DNA of 64,000 nt from the human T2T-CHM13v2.0 reference genome, Homo sapiens, in assembly GCF_009914755.1 (NCBI RefSeq), contig NC_060933.1; one strand, given 5' to 3'. The notes below the pieces were generated by a model, which worked only from the letters and a program-made list of their open reading frames with translations, was not told the DNA's origin and did no database searches. The position numbers and the translations under genes were made by a program. Below, piece after piece: positions 52,434 through 64,000 of the stretch; positions within the stretch are counted from its first letter, which is position 1; each line of letters begins with the position of its first letter.

Positions 52434-53662
52434 GTGAGGCCCGGCCCGGGCAGGGGCACCATGGCCTGCTCTCCCTGTCATCATGCAGTTTTCAGGGGGT
52501 CTTCCAGGTGGCTCCTGGGCATTCTGGGCATTCTGTTGTGGGCTGCTCTTCAAGGAGAGCCCAGGAGCAGGGTTGAGAAGGCTGCGGGGGGCCCTGGGCT
52601 AGTACGGAGCCATCCACTGTCCAGACCACTGTCCCTGTGCTCACATGTGCTCAGCAATGCTGGGACGGGCGGACTCACTCTGCTCCTGGAACTTCAAGTG
52701 CAGCCTCAAGGTTTGGGGTCTCTGGTCGCAGCTCCACTTTACTCACAACATTCGTGCACCTGGTGCTCACAGAGACCCAGCAGTTGCCAGGCTTCCCCGT
52801 CCCATGAAACAGTACCCCCCACGCCATAAAACAGTTCCCTGGGTTGCTCTCGGAGCCCTTCTGCTCCAGCCCCCATCAGCTTCCTTGGGTAGCCGAGGCT
52901 GAAGAGGAGGTTCTGACTCTGACCAGGCAGCTCTCAGTGGGGCCCTGGGCAGTTGGAACCTGAACACCTTTCCAAGGACTGCAGGGCGTGAGGCTGGGGC
53001 ACGCCGAGCTGGGATCTGGGCCTCCCAGGCTGGCTCGTGTGGCTTGCCTGGGCAGGGAAGGCAGAGCAGCTGGGGGTCTCTGTGTCTGTGTGTCTCAGGG
53101 GGTGTGTGCGCACGTGCAGGGAGTGAGGGGCTGGAGGGAGGCAGGTGGCCACCGCTTCTGTGTTGGCGTCACCTGGTCAGCTGCCCTCCTAGGGCAGTGC
53201 AGCCAGGGTTGGGGGAGGGGCATTTATGAGCTCCAGCATGAGAGGGACCCAGGTTTGAGCTCTGGCCCCGGCACGACTGAGCTGGGTCCCCTCCGAGGAT
53301 GAGTCTCTTGTCTGCACGCTGGGTTCCTCTTTATGGAGTCAGGACCACGATCTTCCTGATTTACGCAGTGTGCATGGCCACGGACCGTGTGCCAGGCCCT
53401 GTTCCGTCACTGTAGACACACAGTCAGGGCCTGCTGAGGACACGGGCGAGGGGAGCACCCTTGCCAGCCATCCTAGGGTCATGTCCCCTCCACCGCAAGG
53501 CTGGGAGAAGGCGTGGTGGGGACTGGGAGGGTTGTGTCTAGAGTAGGCGGAGGGCTGGCGTGGGGGGCGGAGCTGCCCTTCCCTGCGTCCTTGCTCCCTC
53601 CTGAGAGCGCGTGGGAGCGCGCAGGAGCCCTAGAGGCCACCCCGTGGGCCGTGGCCCCCGCA

Positions 53663-53713
53663 CGGCTGTCCCGGCTGTCCCGGCTGTCCCGGCTGTCCCG
53701 GCTGTCCCGGCTG
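53663..53713 (+). repeat. (CGGCTGTCC)5.7 perfect 9-mer repeat in ADAMTSL2 intron 4
   Basis: Five perfect units plus CGGCTG. Confidence 0.95.
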
Positions 53714-53731
53714 CAGCCACTTCCTGCTTAG

Positions 53732-53953
<222 letters not shown>

Positions 53954-54137
53954 TAGCCCTTCCGGCACCTGGGACCAAACTCGACGGGTGGGCAGGTGGG
54001 GAAATGGAGGTGGTCAGACGAAGAGCCAGGAATGAACCTGGGTCTCCTGAGCCCTGGCCCAGGGGTCTGTCCCCTCCCCCATGACCCATGACATCAACGC
54101 AGGACAGATTACGGGACTGAGTTCCCTGCAGACCTGA

Positions 54138-55150
<1,013 letters not shown>

Positions 55151-55153
55151 TGA

Positions 55154-55673
<520 letters not shown>

Positions 55674-56809
55674 TGAGGTTTGACCCTGGCACGCTGGATT
55701 CTGGGGCCTGAGTTTCAGAGGCTCCCTGTCGGCTCCAGGCTGACCCAGCCCAGAACCCCTCCTTCCCTTGGGCAGCACCTGTCCCCTTCCTAAGCTGCAG
55801 GCATTTGGCCCGATGTTTGTGTCCAGCTCTGTCCCAGCCCTCATCGGGGGTGGGCGTCTGTGCATGGGACAGCACTTTCTACTTTTGGAGGGATGTCACT
55901 TGTAATGCTTGGCATTAGATTGAACACACTTTTGGTTCTGAAGAAATGTTTGAGGAATGGAACTGGGTTATTGCAACCTCCAGACCTGGGAAGGCAGGAC
56001 AGCTTCAGACCCACTTAGCAGATGGGGAAACCAAGGCCCAGAGTGGGAATAATCTGTCAAGGTCCCAATGAGGCCAGTTGACTCTGGACTAGAACCAGGC
56101 CTGTTAGGGCCACGGAGGACCCGACCGTGTCTTGAAGGTCGAGGGAATGACCTCAGCCTGCCACTGAGGGCTAACTGTGGCGTGAGTGTTGGCTCCAGGA
56201 GGTGCCAGTGGGAGGGCACTGGAGAGGGTGGGGCTTGGACATGGGACCTAGGGACGGGCGTGCCGGACTGACAAGGGACAGGCAGGGGTGTGAATAATGC
56301 GGGCTGGGTGTCCAGCAGGGCGAGGTGGGCAGAGGCCCTTTCTTTGGAGGCCTCGCTCTAGGAGCCGCTAAGGTGTCTGATTTTCCTCCCTTCCTCTCAC
56401 AAACCTGCTCACACGGCCTCCTGCTGGACCCAGGGCATGCAGAGGGAGAGTGGGCATTGGGGCAGCACGTGTCTTGTAGGGCACGTAGTGTGTGCCAGGC
56501 ACTGTGCACACAGTGAGGCCTGAGAGATAGGGCTCATGTCCTCGTGGAACTCAGCCTGGGGCCAAGGGGCTGACATGCAAACAGCGCCCCTCATTCTTCT
56601 CCATATTCACAAGGTAACTCATTCACGCCTGGCAACAGCTCTACAAGGCTGGCACTATTACTGTTGCTGAAATATACAGAAACAGTCAAAGAGAGGCTAA
56701 ATAACTCATCCAAGGTCACACAGCCACAAGAGGCAGAACGGGGCCTGAACCCAGGCAGCCTACTCTTGGCCTGTGATCCTCCCAGCTGAGCCACACTCTT
56801 TCCCCGGAC

Positions 56810-57570
<761 letters not shown>

Positions 57571-58396
57571 GTCTGTGAGGGACAGGTCAGGATCTCCAGG
57601 GACCTGTAGGTGTGATGGTGTTAGGGGAGGGATGGCAGGCGGGTACTGGCCTGCAGGAGACACTCACCCCAGCAGGGAGATGCACGCGGAATCCTCCGTT
57701 CCCAGAGGGATCCGGTGAGACAAGCGTCAAGCCTCAGGAAACGTCCGACCTGGAGAGCCCCTTCTTTCCTGTCCCAGGGCGTATTAAAATCTCTCCTTCT
57801 CCCCAGGCTCCTCTCTCAGCCACCTGCCAGCAATGCCTCTCCTTCTCTGAGCACCTCCCCTCCAGACCCTTGGTTTCTTTCTAGCTGGGAGGACTGCATG
57901 GCTGCCTCCGCACGGGCCTGGGGGCCTTGAAGACAGGCTCTGAGCTGGCTGATATTGCCCGATCTGGATCTCAGCCTGGGGCCTGGTGCTTAGGAAGGGC
58001 GTAGGCTTAGTTGGAGATTCTATCTGCAGCTCTCCTTGTCCTTTCTCACCCACGTCTTTGAGTGTAGCTAGCCTTGAAAGTCAACGTGTTGTTGTCACAA
58101 GACAGGATTTTAAAATGGCAGTGACAATGCACGCAGGGAGCTGGGGCTCCATCGGCTGCCCAGGGTCTCCTGGGTGACACATGGCAGAGCCGGACTGAAC
58201 TCCCAGTGTGCTCCATGTCCCTGTGGCCCTCGCTGTCCCTCGGGAGGGGCTGGGGCAAGCACGGATGAGCCTTCCTATGGCCTTGGTAGGAAGGGGTGAG
58301 CCTGGGCACGTGCCCAGCTTGGTGAGTCAGCCTCTGCAATGGGACGGGGCTGAGCTGAGCTACACAAGCGGGTGTGGGGGTTGGGCCAGCCCTTAG

Positions 58397-58654
<258 letters not shown>

Positions 58655-60362
58655 TGACCCTGGACCCCTTCCTCCAGGACAGGGATGGACCAGTGCTGTG
58701 GGCATGGCTGCAGGAGCCAGAACTTGAGCCAGCTGTGTGGGTGTGGCTGGGGTGCTCACAGGGGAGCCAGCTTTACCCCTGTGCATGGCAGGACCTTGAA
58801 CTCAGAGCTGCTGGACAATGGGAGGGTGGTGATGTTGGGTGGTGAGCTCCCTGTCACTCGAGAGCCTGGCACAGGCAGAAGCTGGGGGCCGCTGCAGATG
58901 AGATCCCTGTGGGGTTCGAGGAGTGAGTCTCAGGAGATGACAAGGTCAAGGTAGCACTGAGAGGAAGTCGGTGCAGAGGTAGGATTCCGACTCAGGTCTG
59001 GGGTCTCATGCTGATGTTCTTGCCATTAGTCAGACTCCGCTGGGAGGCTGGGCTGTAGGAGGGGAGTCCTCTAACCTGAGTATTCTGGAGTTGTTTCCAT
59101 GATGGACAGAGTGGTGAGGCCCCATCTTGGTGGCAGATTTTGAGTGTAGGGAGCCTTGGTGGCAAATTTTGGAAGAGCCCTCTGGGAAGATGGAGTATTG
59201 GCCGAGCAGCGTGCCATGTCTGCACCCCTTGGGCCACAGTGGGCAGGTGCTGACACCTGTGAGCTGCTCTGTGCTCGGCCCTTCCCTTTATGGGGCGGGC
59301 TTGGGTATAGGGACGCTGTTCTTGGACACAGGTGCAGCCCCAAACCTGACACTACCTGGGTTTACTCCCCCCACTGCCTCCCACTCTTCTTGAGAGCCAG
59401 AACTGGTGGGGTGAAGCCCATCTCCTAAGGGGGTGCTGGAAGAGGAGGCTTTGCTGAAGGTCTTCAGGCTGGGACCCACCTTGGGTTCTCCTGTTCCCTC
59501 TCCAGAGCCTAAGGGCCAGCCCTCCGTATGTGCCCTGGGGTCTGAGTGCCCCTGCCCCAGCAGGTCTGTGCTGCAGATGCTGGCTCCACCACCCAGCGCC
59601 CTGGGGGCTACTCCCTGGCCCGAGCGGGGAGCCGGGCCTCTCGCCAGGCCAGTTGCTTTGTCGCTTGCTTGCTGGGAGAGTGGAGAGGCCAGGAAACTCC
59701 ACATTCTCTGAGCTGGCTGCAAAGCTCTTGCTCTTGAAACAGACGCGTAGAAATACCAAGGGTGGGCTCGGAGCACTGGGAAAGCCGCAGGAAGGAAGGT
59801 CATTACTGTCAGGAAACAGGTTTTGGACGAGAGCCTCGGATTTAACCCTGTGCATATACCTGGAAACAGGGCCGAGACAACCAGGCCCCAGCACACTCCC
59901 CCTCGCAGAACTTGGACTCTAATTTGCGTTATCTTCTGACTTTTCTACGTGAAGGGGGTTTTTCAAGCAGACATGTCCTGCTTGTTGCGTCTGTCTGATA
60001 ATAAATTAATTGCCCCGGCTCCTCTGTTCATATTGCATCAGGAATTTGGAAGCCGAACTCCTCTTCTCCCACTGGCCAGTTCCTGGAACTGGCTTTAAGG
60101 ACACCCTTTGGAAGACAGAGTGTCCCGAGCGCCGAATCGGCCTCCTCCCTGCGTCCCCAGCCCTGGAGGCCCCCCACCTCTTCTCACTCTCCATGGCCCC
60201 AGGGAGGATCAGTTCCCCTTGAAACCCCACCAGCTCTGGGCTGTTGTTCCAGTCTGCAGGGGTGGTGGGGAGTGGGGGCTGCAGGGCTTCATGGGCCATT
60301 TGTTTCCATCCTGAGCTTCCATCAGGCTGGAGTTAGGCCCTGGGAGTGCCCACCCACCCGGC

Positions 60363-60468
60363 CCCAGGAAGAGGGCAACTGAGATTGCACCAGGCCGCCC
60401 TGGCCTGATTGGGCACCCAGGAAGAGGGTGACTGAGATTGGACCAGGCCGCCCTGGCCTGATTGAGCA
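60363..60468 (+). repeat. 53-bp tandem duplication
   Basis: CCCAGGAAGAGGG..ACTGAGATTG.ACCAGGCCGCCCTGGCCTGATTG.GCA x2. Confidence 0.92.
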
Positions 60469-61006
60469 CCTCGGCCAGGCCTGGGTGCACGGGTTGACTG
60501 GGTGAAGGGTCAGCATGGCCCTGCCTGCAAGGGCAGCAGGAAGTCTCTGCTCCCGTGGAGAGGTTGGAGCTGGCCAGCTCAGGGCGATCCCCAGGAAAGG
60601 CCTGGTGGTCAGCACACCCATGCCAGCCAGGCCAGGGCTGCAGGGTCACTCTGTGTGGATGACGGGAGGGGCACCCAGGACCCCTGCTGCCTCGTGTGTG
60701 CCTTCCACAGGCCACAGACTCTCCTGCTCCAGACTGGGTCCCTTGGTTGTGGTGCGACCTCATTACCTTGCAGCCCCTCAGCTTCTTCACAGGTAGCCAC
60801 AAGAACAGGACCAAATGGGTCCCCAGCCAGCCGTGTTCAATGTCTAGACCAGTCCTTCATTGCTGATTTTAGGCTGAGAGGAACGTGCGTTTGCCCCTCC
60901 TCCGCATTCACTGGCCAGACTCTCCATGATGGGAGTTTCCTGTCTCGGGAGCATTTGAGCCGGGGTTCTGGAGGGCAGGGCTGGTGGTGGTTCCCTGAGT
61001 TGGTGA

Positions 61007-61309
<303 letters not shown>

Positions 61310-62484
61310 TGAGGTCTTCCAGCCCGTGACGCCCCCAGGGCCACTGTGCGCGTGCACCCGGCAGCCTCACCACTCTGCGTGGGCTGGGGCTTCACGTTCA
61401 ATCACTGTTACTCATTCACTTGTTCTTTCACTAACTCCCTCCCCCATTCATTCATTCACTCGGATTTTGGTTCATTTCCAGTCTCCCATTCACTCATCAG
61501 TTCATTAATTCATTTACCTGTTCACTTCTCACTCAACCACCTATTCTCTCACCCACTTCTTGAAATCATTCATTCCTCCATCCATTCACTGTGGCTAGCT
61601 TCCCTGGAGGACCAGCGGGGGTTCCGTGCTGGCCCATTTCCTGCCCTTTGGGAAGTCCACAGGGAGCTCGGGGCATTAAGGTTGAGGCTGGACCCCTCCC
61701 TACCCCACGGTGGAGGGGTTTATGCCCCTACCTAGCTTCAGGCTCCACCCCCTCCCCAGGCACTATGGTGCTCGGTCCTTAGTGCCAGGGCCCAAGGTAG
61801 TTCCCGTGGCCCCTGCCCCTCCCCTGACATGGCCTCCCCAGGATACTCAGGGGTTCTGGGGTGGGGCTCAGGGCCCGAGCAGTGGGCAGGAGGGAGCGTG
61901 GGCCTGTTATGCCCGACTTGCCACAAGTTCTTCTATGGCTAGCGTCTGGAAATGGAGGCTCTGGTGGCTTGGTGCCTCAGCACCGAAAATATGTAAAGGA
62001 CTTGTCATGTCACTGAAGTCAGGTGACATCAAGAAGGGCAGTTGTGGTGCCCGTCAAGGCCTGCTGACTTTCCTGGAGGCCGAGGGAATACAGCAGGGTT
62101 GGAGCCACCCCACAACCTGGGCTGTTTTGGTTTCCAGATCTCCCTGTGGTGGGTTTCATTGCCTCATGTTGCAGGTCATGAAATGTGGGCACAGAGCGAG
62201 TGACTTGCAGTCATGGAATTGTGAGTGGCACGACTGGGCTTTGAACCCAGGCCTGCCTGGTGCCAGAGCCTGTTCTTTGTTTAGCTGCTGTGCTGGAGGG
62301 GTCTCTAACTGGGGGTGCTTGTCCATCTCCCCACACTGCTTTTTGGCTGAAGAGCTTTCCTGGTGACCCCGGAATCAAATGGGGGCCACGCATCTCTGTG
62401 TCTGTGCTTACCTGGTCCTGCCTGGAGCTGTGTCTGGAGGTGGACTGACCACTTGGCTTTGCCTCCTGGCTGCAGGGGCTGTTT

Positions 62485-62950
62485 TGTAGGTCAGGGTCCC
62501 CAGAAAATAGACTCTGAGGTGGGGGTTTGTGTGCAAGAGGGCTTGGGGGGCAGTGTCAGGAGCGGTCTCAGGAACACTGATGTGGGCAGGAGGGCACGGG
62601 ACTAGACAGAGGGAGCAGCTGAGTTGTGATGCAGTTTCAACGGGCTTCGGCCAGCCCCCTGGGGGTCGCATTATCTCAAGTTGGGGCAGGAGGGCATCAC
62701 ATACTGCCAGGTGTAGTTGCCCCTTGTGGGGGGCATGACCTGGGGAGAGACAGCTCCCCCTGGCTGAGGGAAATTCCTGGGGTGGGGCACAGCTGTGAAC
62801 TGTTGCGCACCCACCCCAGGCAGTTCACCGAAGGGTGGGGTCCGTGGTCCACCCCCAGCACAGCTTGGACCTATGCGCTTTGCACGAGTCTGCCTTGGCA
62901 GGGGAACAGCCCCTCTAGAATTGCATTGGTTTCTTTCTCAGGGAGCCTTA
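62485..62950. mobile_element. ERVL LTR16-like relic
   Basis: TAGGTCAGGGTCCCCAGAAAATAGACTCTGAG..GGTTTGTGTGCAAG resembles the LTR16 terminus. Confidence 0.55.
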
Positions 62951-62989
62951 CAGGAGGAAGTTTAGTGGGCTGAACTGCAGCTGGTGTAG

Positions 62990-63330
<341 letters not shown>

Positions 63331-63567
63331 CACAGTTTCCTTCTTCTGCGACGCCCTCTATTTCCCCTTAGCCTGGCTTAGCACCTCAGAGGGGCCAGGT
63401 GGCTACCTGGTGAGGTGACCCTGGTCTCCATGACCATCTCAACCTGAGGCTGCTGCTTTTGTCCAGTTATCATCACAAGGGGCAGGGGGATACCAAGAGA
63501 TGCCCAGGGCATCAGCAGGTGCCACATAGATTCTTTGGCCCCAGGGTCAAACAACGCCTTTCCTACT

Positions 63568-63711
63568 CTTTTTTTTTTTTTTTTTTTTTTAAGTAGAGAG
63601 AGGGTCTTGCTATGTTGTCCAGGCTGGTCTCGAACTCTAGGCCTCAGGTAACCCTCCTGCCTCAGCCTCTCATAGTGCTTGGATTATAGGCGTGAGCCAC
63701 CTGCCTTGGCC
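63568..63711 (-). mobile_element. FLAM / Alu monomer
   Basis: Poly-T followed by a single antisense Alu monomer. Confidence 0.85.
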
Positions 63712-64000
63712 TGTCTGCTCTTGATGATCAAGTTCAATCACCCAGCCAGGACGGCCACTCGTTTCCATGCTGCTGGTCTCTTGGCACAAAATGCCCAAAC
63801 AGACCGTGTGTGGCCGCAGCCTAAAGTGTAATGAAACTGTTGCTTCGTCTTTGGGTGGAAACGTTCCCCATGTGCAAACCAAGGTCTCCAGACCACAGAC
63901 CCCAGAGCTGCAGGGATGGGGAACACACAGTCCCCAAGTGGTGGCTGGGAATGATCGCTACTGCTACTGCCCCTCCTGCATCCCAGACCCATGTCTTCTA

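Overview
This is primate genomic DNA, almost certainly human (MYMK and ADAMTSL2 translations match the human proteins as I know them, and an AluYa5 is present), corresponding to the 9q34.2 MYMK-ADAMTSL2 locus. It holds the complete 5-exon myoblast fusogen gene MYMK (TMEM8C/Myomaker) on the minus strand: join(38853-38719, 34293-34179, 33027-32879, 29614-29498, 28792-28643), 221 aa. Divergent from it on the plus strand is the 5' part of ADAMTSL2: a CpG-island/TATA promoter, non-coding exon 1 and coding exons 2-9 (313 codons), continuing beyond the window. The rest is intergenic or intronic, with Alus, a THE1 LTR, old L1/MIR/DNA-transposon relics and several large simple or minisatellite arrays. 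Most six-frame ORFs are GC or repeat artefacts. The most interesting unexplained signals are: (i) a second TATA/E-box/TEAD promoter 3.7 kb upstream of MYMK whose MIR-derived ATG and splice donor join in frame to MYMK exon 2, predicting a 196-aa Myomaker lacking the first two TM helices; (ii) an in-frame upstream AUG giving ADAMTSL2 a 109-aa extension in front of its signal peptide; (iii) an orphan exon-like ORF encoding a single-pass membrane segment with a Cys-rich tail at 102-323; (iv) a near-perfect 37-bp inverted repeat and a telomere-type G4 between the two promoters. No database searches were run. Repeat-family calls come from recognising consensus sequences by eye.
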